Shown here: one piece after another, positions 19,182 through 31,429 of the stretch
How the letters are laid out: the number at the start of each line of letters is the position of its first letter
How positions within the stretch are numbered: the first letter of the stretch is position 1
Source: Pelagibacteraceae bacterium AG-337-G06
GTDB taxonomy: Bacteria; Pseudomonadota; Alphaproteobacteria; Pelagibacterales; AG-422-B15
Assembly: GCA_003282175.1 (NCBI GenBank)
Contig: QBZX01000002.1
Span: forward strand, 50,742-114,741
DNA: 64,000 bases
Direction of reading: 5' to 3'
Program-made: the position numbers and the translations under genes
The notes under the pieces: model-generated
Told to the model about the DNA's origin: nothing
Seen by the model: only the letters and a program-made list of their open reading frames with translations
Databases searched by the model: none

Positions 19182-21764
19182 ATGAGAATTAATGATCTAA
19201 GAAATGCTTTCATATCATATTTTGAAAATGAGGGGCATGAGCACGTTCATTCGAGCCCCCTTGTCCCACAGAATGATCCAACACTTATGTTTGCTAATTC
19301 AGGAATGGTGCAATTTAAAAATGTTTTTACTGGATTAGAAAATAGAGACTTCAAAAGAGCAGTTACTGCACAAAAATGCATTAGAGCGGGCGGCAAACAT
19401 AATGATCTAGAAAACGTTGGATATACTTTGAGACATCATACTTTTTTTGAAATGTTAGGAAATTTTTCTTTTGGAGATTATTTTAAAGATGATGCAATTA
19501 ATTATGCCTGGAAGTTCATTACATCTGATCTCGCTATAAATAAAGAGAAACTATGCGTTACAATTTATCATGATGATGAACAAGCATATGTTGTATGGAA
19601 AAAAGTTGCTGGCCTTAGTGATGACAGGATAATTAGAATTTCAACCAAGGATAATTTTTGGTCCATGGGTGAAACAGGTCCATGTGGACCTTGCTCTGAG
19701 ATATTTTATGACCATGGTGAGAAATTTACCGGAAAGTTACCCAGTGAAGCTGACGAAACTGGTGACAGATTTGTTGAAATATGGAATCTAGTTTTTATGC
19801 AATTCGAACAGTTGAATTCGAACGAGAGAATTGATCTGCCTAAGCCCTCAATTGATACGGGTATGGGAATTGAGAGAATTGCCGCTGTCATGCAAGGCAC
19901 AAATGATAACTACCAAGTTGATAGCATGAAAGAAATTATTAACAATTCAATAGATCTAACTAAAGCTGACGACAATAAGTTAATTTCAAGTCACAGAGTG
20001 ATTGCAGATCATCTACGTTCTTCATGTTTTTTAATAGCTGATGGCGTATTACCTTCTAATGAGGGAAGAGGCTATGTGCTGAGAAGAATCATGAGAAGAG
20101 CAATGAGACATGTTCATCTGCTTCAATACAAAGATACTTTAATGCATAAATTAGTCCCAACCTTGATGCTTAACATGAAGGACGCTTATCCAGAATTGTT
20201 AAGGGCAGAAGTATTAATCAAAGAGACATTAAAGTATGAAGAGGAAAAATTCAAAAATCTTTTAGAAAAAGGTATTACGCAATTAGACTCTATATCTCAA
20301 AATCTTGGACCTAATGATATTTTTCCAGGAGAGTCTGCATTTAAGCTATATGATACTTATGGGTTTCCAATTGATCTAACTCAGGATATATTAAAAAGTA
20401 AAAATATTTCTATAGATATTGAAAGTTTTAATAAAAAACTTGATGCGCAAAAAGAATTAGCACGAAAAAATTGGTCAGGTGCGGGGGGAGCTGTAACTGA
20501 TAGAATTTGGTTTGAATTAAATAACGAATTACCTGCAACAGAATTCCTTGGGTATAATAGTACTGAAACTCAAGGAGAAGTTTTGTCAATAATCAAAAAA
20601 GATCAAAGAGTGAAAAAGTTAGAAGATAATGAAAAAGGAGCGCTTATATTAAATCAAACTGTTTTTTATTCAGAGTCAGGTGGGCAAATCGGGGATACAG
20701 GAACAATAAAAGGAGAAGATTTTGAGTTCAAAGTTGAAGATACTCAAAAAAAAGGACAAGTAATTATTCATACAGGCGTCATGGTTAGTGGTATTATAGA
20801 AATTGGTCTAAATGCATCCTTATCAGTTAATCAAAAGCAAAGAAATGATTGTCGGGCATATCATTCAGCTACACATATTTTACACCAATCTCTAAGAGAT
20901 AGACTTGGGGAGCATGTTACACAGAAAGGATCTTTAGTTTCAAATGACAAATTAAGGTTTGATTTTAGCCATCATAAATCAATGACAAATATAGAAATTG
21001 AAGATGTCCAAAATAAAGTAAATGAAATTATCAAGAATGAATCTGAGGTTGAAACACAAATAATGTCCCCAGATGATGCCGTAAAGGCAGGTGCTCTTGC
21101 CTTGTTTGGAGAAAAGTATTCAGATGAAGTAAGGGTTCTCAAAATAGGTAAATTAAATGACAAAATATATAGTACTGAGTTATGTGGAGGAACACACGTC
21201 TCAAATACAAGAGAAATTGGGGAACTGAAGATTATCAGTGAGTCTTCTGTTGCCTCAGGCGTAAGAAGAATTGAGGCTTTAAGAGGAGATGACCTATTAA
21301 AATTTAATGAAGAGAAGAAGAATGAAAATCTTAGGTCAGAAGAAAAAAAATTAGATCTAAAAAAAGAAAAAGAAATTTCTACTGTAAATATAAAACTTCT
21401 TAAAGAAGCGATACAAATGAGCATTAGTAATGACTCTGATCAAAAAATAATTATTGAATTCTGTGAAAATGTGCCAATTAATGAGTTAAGACCACTGATA
21501 GATAAGTATAAAAAATTAATTTCTGGAGACGGCGTTATAATCATCTGCGTTAAAAAGGATGATAAGCTAAGTTTCCTAATTGGCGTTACTGATCTATTAA
21601 CTAACAAAATTGGAGCTGACGAAATAGCTAAATTTGCATCTTCTATTTCAAATGGTAAAGGGGGTGGAGGCAGAAAAGATTTTGCTCAATCAGGAGGTAT
21701 GCTAATTAATGAAAATGATCAAAAAAATAAACTCAGAGAGTTTATTATTGATAAGTTACAGTAA
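19182..21764 (+). CDS. alaS: Alanine--tRNA ligase
   Basis: [34 protein letters not shown], editing motifs HSATH and ELCGGTH, C-terminal [15 protein letters not shown]. Confidence 0.98.
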   Translation: MRINDLRNAFISYFENEGHEHVHSSPLVPQNDPTLMFANSGMVQFKNVFTGLENRDFKRAVTAQKCIRAGGKHNDLENVGYTLRHHTFFEMLGNFSFGDYFKDDAINYAWKFITSDLAINKEKLCVTIYHDDEQAYVVWKKVAGLSDDRIIRISTKDNFWSMGETGPCGPCSEIFYDHGEKFTGKLPSEADETGDRFVEIWNLVFMQFEQLNSNERIDLPKPSIDTGMGIERIAAVMQGTNDNYQVDSMKEIINNSIDLTKADDNKLISSHRVIADHLRSSCFLIADGVLPSNEGRGYVLRRIMRRAMRHVHLLQYKDTLMHKLVPTLMLNMKDAYPELLRAEVLIKETLKYEEEKFKNLLEKGITQLDSISQNLGPNDIFPGESAFKLYDTYGFPIDLTQDILKSKNISIDIESFNKKLDAQKELARKNWSGAGGAVTDRIWFELNNELPATEFLGYNSTETQGEVLSIIKKDQRVKKLEDNEKGALILNQTVFYSESGGQIGDTGTIKGEDFEFKVEDTQKKGQVIIHTGVMVSGIIEIGLNASLSVNQKQRNDCRAYHSATHILHQSLRDRLGEHVTQKGSLVSNDKLRFDFSHHKSMTNIEIEDVQNKVNEIIKNESEVETQIMSPDDAVKAGALALFGEKYSDEVRVLKIGKLNDKIYSTELCGGTHVSNTREIGELKIISESSVASGVRRIEALRGDDLLKFNEEKKNENLRSEEKKLDLKKEKEISTVNIKLLKEAIQMSISNDSDQKIIIEFCENVPINELRPLIDKYKKLISGDGVIIICVKKDDKLSFLIGVTDLLTNKIGADEIAKFASSISNGKGGGGRKDFAQSGGMLINENDQKNKLREFIIDKLQ

Positions 21765-22974
21765 GTTTTTTATTTAGGTTTCGTTCAATAATTTCTAAAA
21801 AATCTTCAGTACTATGCCAATCTTGTTCATGAGGCATTAATAAAGCCAGATCTTTTGTCATTGAACCACTTTCAACTGTCTCAACACAAACTTTTTCCAG
21901 CTTATCTGCAAACTTAATAAGCTCATCATTCTCATCCAGCTTTCCACGATATTTAAGACCCCTTGACCATGCAAAGATAGAGGCAATGGGGTTAGTTGAG
22001 GTTTGTTTGCCTTCTTGATGCAATCTAAAATGTCTCGTGACTGTTCCATGAGCAGCTTCTGCTTCGATCGTTTTTCCGTCTGGCGTCATAAGTACACTTG
22101 TCATGAGCCCTAGTGAACCAAATCCTTGAGCAACAGTGTCTGATTGTACATCTCCATCGTAGTTTTTACACGCCCACACAAATTTTCCATTCCATTTCAA
22201 TGCAGATGCGACCATGTCATCTATCAATCGATGCTCGTAATCTAAATTAAGTGATTTAAATTTTTCTGCAAAGTCCTTTTCATATACTTCTTGAAAGAGA
22301 TCTTTGAAACGACCATCGTATTGTTTTAAAATTGTATTTTTAGTTGACAGATAAACAGGCCATTCACGCATTAATGCATAATTCATACAAGACTTTGCAA
22401 AGTCTCTGATCGAGTCGTCTGTATTATACATCGCCATAGCAACACCACTTGAATGAAATTCATACACCTCTTTTTCAATTGGTTCCATATTTGGATCTTC
22501 AGGAGTCCATTTAATACTTAACTTACCTTTCCCAGGAACTCTAAAATCCGTTGCTTTGTATTGATCTCCAAAAGCATGTCTACCCACAACTATGGGGTCA
22601 GTCCATCCAGGAACAAGTCTTGGGACGTTTTTACATACTATTGGCTCTCTGAAGACTGTTCCTCCTAATATATTTCTTATAGTTCCATTTGGTGATCGCC
22701 ACATTTCCTTTAGTTTAAATTCTTCAACACGGTCTTCATCAGGAGTTATTGTGGCACATTTAACTCCAACCCCGTATTTCTTAATAGCATTGGCAGAATC
22801 AACAGTAATTTTATCATTGCTTCTATCTCTGCTTTCAACTCCGAGATCATAATAATCAAGTTCAATATCAAGATAAGGAAGGATGAGTTTATCTTTGATA
22901 AACTGCCAAATAATCCTTGTCATTTCATCGCCATCTATCTCAACTAATGGTGTTTTAACTTTAATTTTATTCAC
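21745..22974 (-). CDS. icd: NADP-dependent isocitrate dehydrogenase (type II)
   Basis: [53 protein letters not shown]; GTG start. Confidence 0.97.
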   Translation of the reverse strand: MNKIKVKTPLVEIDGDEMTRIIWQFIKDKLILPYLDIELDYYDLGVESRDRSNDKITVDSANAIKKYGVGVKCATITPDEDRVEEFKLKEMWRSPNGTIRNILGGTVFREPIVCKNVPRLVPGWTDPIVVGRHAFGDQYKATDFRVPGKGKLSIKWTPEDPNMEPIEKEVYEFHSSGVAMAMYNTDDSIRDFAKSCMNYALMREWPVYLSTKNTILKQYDGRFKDLFQEVYEKDFAEKFKSLNLDYEHRLIDDMVASALKWNGKFVWACKNYDGDVQSDTVAQGFGSLGLMTSVLMTPDGKTIEAEAAHGTVTRHFRLHQEGKQTSTNPIASIFAWSRGLKYRGKLDENDELIKFADKLEKVCVETVESGSMTKDLALLMPHEQDWHSTEDFLEIIERNLNKKLTVTYQ

Positions 22975-23509
22975 AGATTCTCAATTCTTTTTTTAATTCG
23001 TCCAGATTTGTGATTACCTTATATGCTTCTTTCATATTTTCGCCAGCAAAATTCTTCCTTACTAGATTATCAATGAGCATAATCAAATCATCCCAAAAAT
23101 TATTAAAATTATATATTATGATTGGTTTACTATGGATGTGAAGCTGCTTCCATGAATAAACTTCAAAAAATTCTTCCAAGGTGCCAATGCCTCCCGGAAA
23201 AATTAAAAAAATTTCTGAGCTATTAAACATTTCTATTTTACGCTCATGCATAGAAGTGACAATTTTTAAATTATTCAAACTTTTATTTTTTTTTTCAAAG
23301 TCGATTAAATGCTTTGTTATTACTCCATATACGTGTCCCCCTGCTGCAATCGAGCTATTAGAAATTGTTCCCATTAGGCCCATATTTCCACCTCCGTATA
23401 CAATCTTATATTTATTTTTACCTAATAGCTCACCAACTTTTCGGGCTTCTTCTTTGTAAACTTCGTCAACATCATTTGATGAACTGCAGTAAACTGCAAT
23501 AGATTTCAT
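22967..23509 (-). CDS. LOG-family (TIGR00730) nucleotide phosphoribohydrolase
   Basis: [29 protein letters not shown]. Confidence 0.92.
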   Translation of the reverse strand: MKSIAVYCSSSNDVDEVYKEEARKVGELLGKNKYKIVYGGGNMGLMGTISNSSIAAGGHVYGVITKHLIDFEKKNKSLNNLKIVTSMHERKIEMFNSSEIFLIFPGGIGTLEEFFEVYSWKQLHIHSKPIIIYNFNNFWDDLIMLIDNLVRKNFAGENMKEAYKVITNLDELKKELRICE

Positions 23510-23512
23510 TTG

Positions 23513-26500
23513 TTATAAAGGCTCACTTGAAAGAACTTTAGTCGCTGAGTTTATATTCTTTCTAGTGAAAATTGATTTTAATCGATCTGGTAAAGCCAGT
23601 AGTGATGGAGTAACAAATAAAGTTGCTACAGTGGCAAAAGATAATCCAAAAACAATTGCCCATGCAAGAGGCTGTACAAAATATGTTTCAGGAGATTTGT
23701 AAGAAAGCGTTCTATCAAAAACATCAACGCTAATTTGTAATGCTGAGGGTAGTAAACCAAATACTGTTGTTACAGTTGTTAAAAAAATTGGTCTGATTCT
23801 ACTTTTTGCTGCAAGTAATATTGATTTCATCTTATCTGACTCATTCTTTCTAATCTTTCTATAGCTGTCTATAAGAATAATATTGTTGTTCACAACAATT
23901 CCTGTACAGGCAACTATACCTAATCCAGTCATGACACCACTAAAGGGCATTTGTAAAATAATTAATCCTACAAAAATTCCAGTAGTCGATAATGCAATTG
24001 AAAATAGAATTAGAAACGTATGATAAAAATTGTTAAACAGCGAAATTAAAATTATAAACATTAACAATAAGGCGGTACCAAATGCAGAAAATACAAAGAT
24101 AAGGGAACCCTCAGAATCCTCCGCTTCGCCAACAAGTTTTACATTTGCTTCGATTGGAATGTTTGCCTCGCTTAGCCAAGTCTTTATTTTATCTATATTT
24201 TCAGCAGTATTAAAGCCATTCTTTGTATTGGCGTCTACAATTAGTATCCTTTCAGCATTTTTCTTTCCAATTGAAAAAATTTTATTTTTTGGTTTTTGAG
24301 TGACAAATTCTGAGATAGGGAGGGGACCTCTATTAGTATTTATAAATATATTTTTTACCTCATCTAGTGTTCTCAGGTCATCTGGTAAATATAGTTTAAT
24401 ATCTAATTCTTTGTCTGTATCAGCTGGACGAATAGTGCCTATTTTTGTTCCTGTAGTCGCAAGATTAATTATTGCGCCAATAGATTGTACTGAAACATCA
24501 TACTTTGAGGTTTCTTTTCTATCAATATCGTAAAGCCATTCTATACCTGTAACAGGATATTTTATTTCAACATCTTTCACACCCTCAAATTTTATCAATT
24601 CATCTCTTACTATCTGCGCTACTTGATTTATTAGTCTTTTGTCTTTTGCAGTTACCTCAATTTCTATATCTTTTGGACCAATGATTGATGAGCTATAAGT
24701 ATTTCCTTTTATTCTGGCTTGAAATCCATTCAATTTATTTAGATCTTTCTGTATATCTGACAATAATATATCGCTATCAGGCCTTTGATCGATCGGCACT
24801 AGGTCTAACCAAACTCTTCCAACTATATCAGTAGGACTATCATCAAATAGCCAAATACGATTTCTGCTAATAGTATTTGCAACATAATTGCCTACATAAG
24901 GATTTGCGTTTATGATGTTAGATACTTCTGTTATATAACTTCCAGTTTCAGTAGGGGACAGGTTGCCCCTTGCCATTACCTCCACACGTGCTGTAGCGGC
25001 CTTATCATTTGGAAAAAAAATAACTCCACTATTAAATTTGCTGTAAAGCATGATCACTGCTGTAAATGTAATAAGTGTCATTATTAATACTGTAATAGGT
25101 TTAGTGATAGCCTTACTTAGCAAGTTTTCATAAGTATTAATAAAAATATTATCACGTCTTATATTATCATTTGACATCTGTGATGTTTTTCTTTCTATCA
25201 TTGACCCCATTGCTGGCAGAAAAATTAATGTAACTATTAATGATGTAGACAATACAACTATTACTGTAAGAGGAATGACCCTCAGCCATTGACCAAGCAT
25301 TTCAGGCCAAAAAAGTAAGGGAAAAAATGCAGCAATTGTAGTAAGAGCAGAAGCAATAATAGGCCAAAACATATTGTATGAGGAATTTATATATGAATCT
25401 CTTCTTCTAACACCTCTCTCCTGCTCGGCTCTCGCAAATTCTGTTATCACAATTGGCCCATCGACTAAAAGACCAACAGCTAGTATGAGTCCAAATACGG
25501 TCATTAAATTGTATGTCATGCCCATGTAGTCAAGAATTAATATTGAAAACAAGTATGTCGTAGGAATTGATAACCCAACGATTAGGCCACTTCTGATTCC
25601 AAGGGCTGCGATGACAATTATCATTACTAATATGACAGCTGTAATTACTGTATTTTCAGAGGATTCTATCCTTTGTTTTATCTCAGTAGACTCATCATCT
25701 ACAATGACTGTCTTAATTAAAGGATGAAATTTTCCATCATTCTCTTTCAAAACATTTTTTACAAACTTATAAGTATCAAGTACATTTGTGCCAGACTTTC
25801 TTGATACCTCGAGGCTTAGAGCCGGTTGGCCATTAACAATAACAGTATTCTTGCTTCTATCATAACTTCGCTTTACTTCAGCAATATCACCTAGGGATAA
25901 AGTGAAATTATCGTTTGCGTTGATAGGCAAATTCTTTATCTGCCTATAATTTTGATAAAGACCAGGTATCTTGACAGAAAAATCTGCATTATCATCGGTA
26001 AGCGCTCCCGCTGGAACAATGTTATTATAGGATTTAAGTGCATTATATACATCAGAGATATTAATCTTATATTTTTGGAGCAGAGTTGGATCAAGGGTAA
26101 TTTTAATAATTTCTTCTCTCTCACCTTTTATGTCAACTTCAGTAACATTGCCAATTTTTTCCAATGAGTCTTTATAAGAGTTGGCAGCTTTGAGAAGCAC
26201 TTCATAAGGCACGTTTCCATATAAACCGATATAAATTCTTGAGAACATTGAAGAGTCATATTCTTTTACTTCAATTATTTCCATTTCCCTGGGGAGCTTA
26301 TCATTTGCATCAGAAATTGTATTTCTTACTAATTTTGCAAGACTATTGTTCTCAGTATCCAACTTAAAAGATACCATGAATGAGGCAATATTATCTTTTG
26401 ATATTGAAATAATTTCATCTAAATCTTTAAGTGCCATTAATTCTCTTTCAATTGGCTCGACTATTAACTTTTCAATTTCATTTGCAGACATCCCGTCATA

Positions 26501-26668
26501 TTTAATAATTACCGCTACCGTTTTAAGGTCAATTTCTGGCATCTCTTCTTTAGGAAAAGTAATATATGAGATCACCCCTAAAAGAATAATCATAAGCAAG
26601 AGCGTAGAGATTGTTTTTTTTCTTAAAAGGATAGCCGATAAGATATTACGTAGCATTTTATGCCTCAA
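23513..26668 (-). CDS. RND efflux permease, AcrB/HAE1-like (copy 2)
   Basis: 1051 aa; TM4 GLLVDGPIVITE, TM10 GIVVNNNIILID, RIRPIFLTT. Confidence 0.92.
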   Translation of the reverse strand: MRHKMLRNILSAILLRKKTISTLLLMIILLGVISYITFPKEEMPEIDLKTVAVIIKYDGMSANEIEKLIVEPIERELMALKDLDEIISISKDNIASFMVSFKLDTENNSLAKLVRNTISDANDKLPREMEIIEVKEYDSSMFSRIYIGLYGNVPYEVLLKAANSYKDSLEKIGNVTEVDIKGEREEIIKITLDPTLLQKYKINISDVYNALKSYNNIVPAGALTDDNADFSVKIPGLYQNYRQIKNLPINANDNFTLSLGDIAEVKRSYDRSKNTVIVNGQPALSLEVSRKSGTNVLDTYKFVKNVLKENDGKFHPLIKTVIVDDESTEIKQRIESSENTVITAVILVMIIVIAALGIRSGLIVGLSIPTTYLFSILILDYMGMTYNLMTVFGLILAVGLLVDGPIVITEFARAEQERGVRRRDSYINSSYNMFWPIIASALTTIAAFFPLLFWPEMLGQWLRVIPLTVIVVLSTSLIVTLIFLPAMGSMIERKTSQMSNDNIRRDNIFINTYENLLSKAITKPITVLIMTLITFTAVIMLYSKFNSGVIFFPNDKAATARVEVMARGNLSPTETGSYITEVSNIINANPYVGNYVANTISRNRIWLFDDSPTDIVGRVWLDLVPIDQRPDSDILLSDIQKDLNKLNGFQARIKGNTYSSSIIGPKDIEIEVTAKDKRLINQVAQIVRDELIKFEGVKDVEIKYPVTGIEWLYDIDRKETSKYDVSVQSIGAIINLATTGTKIGTIRPADTDKELDIKLYLPDDLRTLDEVKNIFINTNRGPLPISEFVTQKPKNKIFSIGKKNAERILIVDANTKNGFNTAENIDKIKTWLSEANIPIEANVKLVGEAEDSEGSLIFVFSAFGTALLLMFIILISLFNNFYHTFLILFSIALSTTGIFVGLIILQMPFSGVMTGLGIVACTGIVVNNNIILIDSYRKIRKNESDKMKSILLAAKSRIRPIFLTTVTTVFGLLPSALQISVDVFDRTLSYKSPETYFVQPLAWAIVFGLSFATVATLFVTPSLLALPDRLKSIFTRKNINSATKVLSSEPL

Positions 26669-29600
26669 TAGTCTGTTTGCTTTGTAATCTAAAAAGTGAT
26701 CTAATGTGAGATGGTAAAATTAAGAGGCATGGCGTTACTATTAGAGTAAGAAATGCTGAAAATGACAACCCATAAACAATGCATTGTGCAAGAGGTGTCC
26801 AGAAACCACTTACATTAGAGTCATATTCAATTGTTCGAGACAACGGATCTATACTATAGTTAAGGGCTAAAGGAATTAGGCCTAACATTGTTGTAATTGT
26901 TGTTAAGAAAATAGGTCGAAGTCTTTGTGCACAAGCTTTTAAAACACTATTAAACAAATTGTCAGTATCTTTGTCTCTAACAAAGTTAAAGGCATCAATT
27001 AATATAATATTATTGTTTACTACGATGCCTGCCAGTGAAACCACGCCAACACCATGCATTATTGCTGAAAAGGGTTGGTTAAATATGAGTAAGCCAAAAA
27101 ATACACCTGCAGTGCTCATAATGACTGCTGTAAGTATAATAAAACTTTGATAAAAACTATTAAACTGTGTCACTAGTAAAGCAGCCATGATCAATAAAGA
27201 AATTATAAATGCCTGTGTCACAAATTTCATAGACTCGGTTTGCTCTTCGTTTTCGCCACCGAAAGCAACATTTATATATGAGGGGTAATTTTGATCAGCA
27301 ATCCACTTTTGTATTTGAACTACCTTGTTTGCAGCAATTTCTCCTTGATCAACATTAGCTTTTATGTACATAGCATTTCTTGCGTCGTATCTACGAATAA
27401 AGCTAACATTTTGCTTAGGTTTTTTTTCGACAAAATTACTTATTGGAATTTGACCCGATCTTGTTTCTATCATTATGTTATCAAGCTGATCGATTGACCT
27501 CTCATTATCGGCATACCTTACATATATTTCTAACTCATCATCCACATCATCCGGCCTATATTTGCCAATCATTACTCCATTAGTTACAAGACTTACTGCT
27601 TTTCCAATTGTAAATATATCAGCCCCAAATTGTGCAGCCTTTGGTTTGTCTATTATAAGCTCCCAATCGACCCGAGGAACCGGTAATGTATCTTCCACTC
27701 CAACTAATCCCTCTACATTTTCGTCAATATATGCACGAACCTCTTTTGTTATACCTATTAAGCTATCACTGCTAGGACCAGTAATTCTAACCTGTATATC
27801 CTTGCCAACTGGTGGACCACCAGATTCTTCACTAATCTCAATCTTTATTCCATTAATTTTATTAAATTCATTTCTCAAATCAGCTATAATTTTATGACCA
27901 TTTTCTCTCTTATCTCGGTCTACGAATTCAAAGAATGCTGTAGCAATTAAATCTTCGGAATTTCCACCACCGCCAGATGATACAACATTACTGAATTGAC
28001 CAGTCTGCAAAAAGTAATTTTTAATTCCAGACCTTTTACTAATTATAATTTCAACATCAGTTGCGAGTCTATTTACTTCTTCAATTGACAAGTTTCCACG
28101 AGCAAATATTTGTATTTTACCAAAATATGGATCTCCCGTAGAAAAATATATCATCCCCTTTCCGAGGCTGAAAAACCCAGCAATGATTGTAAACAAAATG
28201 ATAAATACGGATGCTAAAGTCAAAATAGGTCGCTTGAGCAATTTTTCCAATAAATTAACGTATATTCCTATATAGCCTGTAAGCTCTTTCAAATTAAAAC
28301 TTTGATCAGATCCAAGTTTCTTAAACGCGTTTGCAGAAGCATTTGAGGGCTTGCCAACAACACTTCCGATAACTGGCACAAACATCAAGCTAAATATGAG
28401 AGCTATGGCAAGTACAACAAAAACTGTTACAGGAAGAATTTTCATAAATTGACCACTCACGCCCGGCCAAAAGAACAAAGGTATGAAGACCGCTAAAGTT
28501 GTTGCTGCTGAAGCAACAATAGGCCAGAACATTCTTTTGGCAGAGTAGATGTAGGCCTTTTCTCTACTAAATCCCTCAAGCATTTTCCTATCAGCCATTT
28601 CTACCACCACTAAAGACCCATCAATGAGCATTCCGAGCGCTACAAGTATTCCAAAGATTACCATAAAATTATAGTCGTAGCCCAATATATACATAACAAA
28701 AAGAGCAATCAAAATTGATACAGGAATTCCTGATCCTACAATCAAAGAAGATCTTATACCTAGGGCTAACATTGTTACTAACAAGACAAATATGGTTGCA
28801 AGAAGAATATTGCCTTGAAGAGAGTCTACATTATCTTGCATAATTTCTCTTGTATCCATAACGTAAGTAAAATTTATATCAGATGATACTTTAGCTTTAA
28901 ATTTTTGAACCACCTCATCTACTTGATTGATAGTTTCGATAACATTTCTCCCACGACCTTTTTTTACAAGGAGCGATATTCCTGGCTCGCCATTTACTTT
29001 TGTATAACTTATTCTATCTTTAAAGTTTCTTCTGATTTCAGAAATGTCACTAAGATTTACAGAGCTATTATTTGTCGATCGAATAGGTAACTCATAGATA
29101 TCCCTTGCATCTTCAAATAATCCAGGAACATTAACTGAAAATTGACCTTGTCCAGTCTCAATCTCGCCAGCAGTAACCACTTGGTTATTATTTGCAACTG
29201 CATTTATAATTTCGCTAAAAGAAATATTGTAATTTTCCATCTGTGATCTGTTTAAAGTAGCTTCAAGCTGTTCTTCTCTTGCGCCAGCTAACTCAACTTC
29301 AAAAATTGATGGTATTAATTCAATATCTTTTTTTATTTCCTGAGCTAAATTTAAAAGATAACGTTCTGAAGCTGAGGGAGAGTCAATTGACAAGATGATT
29401 GTAGGATTATCTTGAACAGAAACTTCACTAACAACTGGCTCTTTGGCATCGTCAGGAAATTTTACCTTGGCATCATTAACAGCATCTCTAACTTTATCTA
29501 GTGATTTTTTCATCGTTGCAGCAGCATCAAATTTAACTATTGCTGCAGCATAATTTTCAAATGCAAAGCCTTGTAACTGGTCGACCCCTTCAATACTTCG

Positions 29601-29807
29601 CAACTCATCTTCTATTGGCTTTAAAAGTAATCTTTCAGCATCTTGAGGGGAAATACCAGTTAGACCAACGCCAACATAAACGACCGGTATAATTATCTCA
29701 GGCTCGTTTTCTATTGGAATATTAACACGGCCAAATATACCTGCACAAATAAGTACTAAAAGTAATGCTAAAGCAGTTCTTTTTCTGTCTACTAAAAATT
29801 CAATCAT
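26658..29807 (-). CDS. RND efflux permease, AcrB/HAE1-like (copy 1)
   Basis: 1049 aa; GISPQDAERLL..PIE.EL, TM4 GMLIDGSLVVVE, GIVVNNNIILID, RLRPIFLTT. Confidence 0.93.
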   Translation of the reverse strand: MIEFLVDRKRTALALLLVLICAGIFGRVNIPIENEPEIIIPVVYVGVGLTGISPQDAERLLLKPIEDELRSIEGVDQLQGFAFENYAAAIVKFDAAATMKKSLDKVRDAVNDAKVKFPDDAKEPVVSEVSVQDNPTIILSIDSPSASERYLLNLAQEIKKDIELIPSIFEVELAGAREEQLEATLNRSQMENYNISFSEIINAVANNNQVVTAGEIETGQGQFSVNVPGLFEDARDIYELPIRSTNNSSVNLSDISEIRRNFKDRISYTKVNGEPGISLLVKKGRGRNVIETINQVDEVVQKFKAKVSSDINFTYVMDTREIMQDNVDSLQGNILLATIFVLLVTMLALGIRSSLIVGSGIPVSILIALFVMYILGYDYNFMVIFGILVALGMLIDGSLVVVEMADRKMLEGFSREKAYIYSAKRMFWPIVASAATTLAVFIPLFFWPGVSGQFMKILPVTVFVVLAIALIFSLMFVPVIGSVVGKPSNASANAFKKLGSDQSFNLKELTGYIGIYVNLLEKLLKRPILTLASVFIILFTIIAGFFSLGKGMIYFSTGDPYFGKIQIFARGNLSIEEVNRLATDVEIIISKRSGIKNYFLQTGQFSNVVSSGGGGNSEDLIATAFFEFVDRDKRENGHKIIADLRNEFNKINGIKIEISEESGGPPVGKDIQVRITGPSSDSLIGITKEVRAYIDENVEGLVGVEDTLPVPRVDWELIIDKPKAAQFGADIFTIGKAVSLVTNGVMIGKYRPDDVDDELEIYVRYADNERSIDQLDNIMIETRSGQIPISNFVEKKPKQNVSFIRRYDARNAMYIKANVDQGEIAANKVVQIQKWIADQNYPSYINVAFGGENEEQTESMKFVTQAFIISLLIMAALLVTQFNSFYQSFIILTAVIMSTAGVFFGLLIFNQPFSAIMHGVGVVSLAGIVVNNNIILIDAFNFVRDKDTDNLFNSVLKACAQRLRPIFLTTITTMLGLIPLALNYSIDPLSRTIEYDSNVSGFWTPLAQCIVYGLSFSAFLTLIVTPCLLILPSHIRSLFRLQSKQTIEA

Positions 29808-29813
29808 TACAAT

Positions 29814-30878
29814 TTATTCTACTAATTCAACCTCAACATTTTGATTGTTTACTACATACTCTTGACCCACAGTAATGATGGTAGAATTTTTTGGCAATCC
29901 AGTTACCCATAATCCTTCAACAGTATCTTCAATAATTTCGATATTACTAAATAAAACTTTTGTATCGTTGAGAATTTTTATACCAAGATCTCCAGCATCG
30001 TTAAGTGATATTAAATATGAAGGTATTAGATGTGCTTGAACCCTACTGATAGGAACGAGCATATCAGCTGATAACCCTTCTCTTATAATACCTTTTTTAT
30101 TATCTACAGTTGCTTCAATTTTATAAGTTCTTGTACTTGGATTTGCACTTTTGCTTATAAAACTTATTTTTCCAGTAATAGAACTTTTATCTAAGAAATT
30201 TATAGTAACTTCTTTTTCTAAATTGATTTGATCAACATTTTTTTCAGTTACTTCACCTGTAATTATCATTGGATTAAGTTTCATGACCTTAGCACAAGGG
30301 GAGGCTGGTGTAATCAAGTCACCTAATTCTAAATATACATCCTCAACAAATCCATCAAAAGGAGACCTTATCTTTATATTATCCAACTCATTAATAGCCA
30401 TCTCAACCCTTGCAATTGAGGCTTTTAAAGCCGCTTCAGCTGTTGCAACTGAATTGTCTGATCTATATCCCTCTTCAGATAGCGTTTTTATTGCATCATA
30501 TTGCAATTGGGCCTTATTTTTAGAAGCATTCGCTTCATTTAAGGCTGCAATTCTATTTTCAGGATCAAGCTCACAAATAAGTTCATCTTTTTTTACAAAT
30601 GATCCTTTTTCAATTGTATAGACAATTGTGGATGAAGTTTTTGGCTTTAACAGAACAACTTTATCTGCTTCTGCTCTTCCTCTTATTGTAAGGAAATAAG
30701 TTTTATCAAGAGCATTAAAATTCTTTGCACGTACAGAAATTAGTTCTTCAACAACATTGTCATCACTTACCTGAGCAACATCATCGTTACTGCTAAATGA
30801 CCCTGAGAAAATCCAGGCTATTACAATCACAAATATTATAATTGCAGATAAATAATTTATAGGAATTTTCTTAAACAT
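29814..30878 (-). CDS. RND periplasmic adaptor (membrane fusion protein)
   Basis: N-terminal TM anchor, lipoyl/hairpin region IRSPFDG, TRTYKIEA, LWVTGLP....ITVGQEYV. Confidence 0.92.
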   Translation of the reverse strand: MFKKIPINYLSAIIIFVIVIAWIFSGSFSSNDDVAQVSDDNVVEELISVRAKNFNALDKTYFLTIRGRAEADKVVLLKPKTSSTIVYTIEKGSFVKKDELICELDPENRIAALNEANASKNKAQLQYDAIKTLSEEGYRSDNSVATAEAALKASIARVEMAINELDNIKIRSPFDGFVEDVYLELGDLITPASPCAKVMKLNPMIITGEVTEKNVDQINLEKEVTINFLDKSSITGKISFISKSANPSTRTYKIEATVDNKKGIIREGLSADMLVPISRVQAHLIPSYLISLNDAGDLGIKILNDTKVLFSNIEIIEDTVEGLWVTGLPKNSTIITVGQEYVVNNQNVEVELVE

Positions 30879-30879
30879 A

Positions 30880-31428
30880 TTAATTTAACTTTTCTCTATT
30901 TTTTTCCATATAAGTTAATCCACTTTCAATTAAAGTTGTTGCTAAGCCTCTAATAAAAGTAATAGATTTTTCATTTCTAAGAGCTTGTAGATCTGATGGT
31001 ACCGGACCATCATACTTAAATTGTTCAAGTTTTTGCTGAAGAAAGAGGACTCTTTCATTTAATACCGTTTCTAGGGTCTCCTTAGGAAGATACTTTGCAA
31101 ACAATAAAAGTAAAAAAAATTCAGATTTAATTTGGTCACCAAAGTTACCAGAACGAATATAAGCTGAAGCATCACCTAGTAGGTTTTCCTTCATCAAATC
31201 TTTCCCTTTTTTTGTAATTGTATAAACCTTTTTATCTGGTTTCTTACTTTGAGATAATTGTTTACATGAAACATATTTTTCAGATTGAAGCTTATTTAAA
31301 GTTGGATAAATTGTTCCAAAACTTAAACTATAAAAATCAGATAATGGACCCTCAAACATTTGTTTAATTTCATAGCCTGATCTAGGACCCAATGAAAGTA
31401 AGCCTAAACAGAGAGTATCTTTTTGCAT
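30880..31428 (-). CDS. PadR-family transcriptional regulator
   Basis: LCLGLL...PRSGYEIK, SFGTIYPTL.KL, PDKKVYTIT.KG. Confidence 0.92.
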   Translation of the reverse strand: MQKDTLCLGLLSLGPRSGYEIKQMFEGPLSDFYSLSFGTIYPTLNKLQSEKYVSCKQLSQSKKPDKKVYTITKKGKDLMKENLLGDASAYIRSGNFGDQIKSEFFLLLLFAKYLPKETLETVLNERVLFLQQKLEQFKYDGPVPSDLQALRNEKSITFIRGLATTLIESGLTYMEKNREKLN

Positions 31429-31429
31429 T

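Noticed and set aside
20972-21424. 150-aa antisense ORF in alaS, and the other short overlapping ORFs in the track (e.g. 42320-42763, 41698-42108, 4181-4585)
   Set aside because: They are shadows of well-supported genes, with low-complexity F/S/L/I composition and no motifs.
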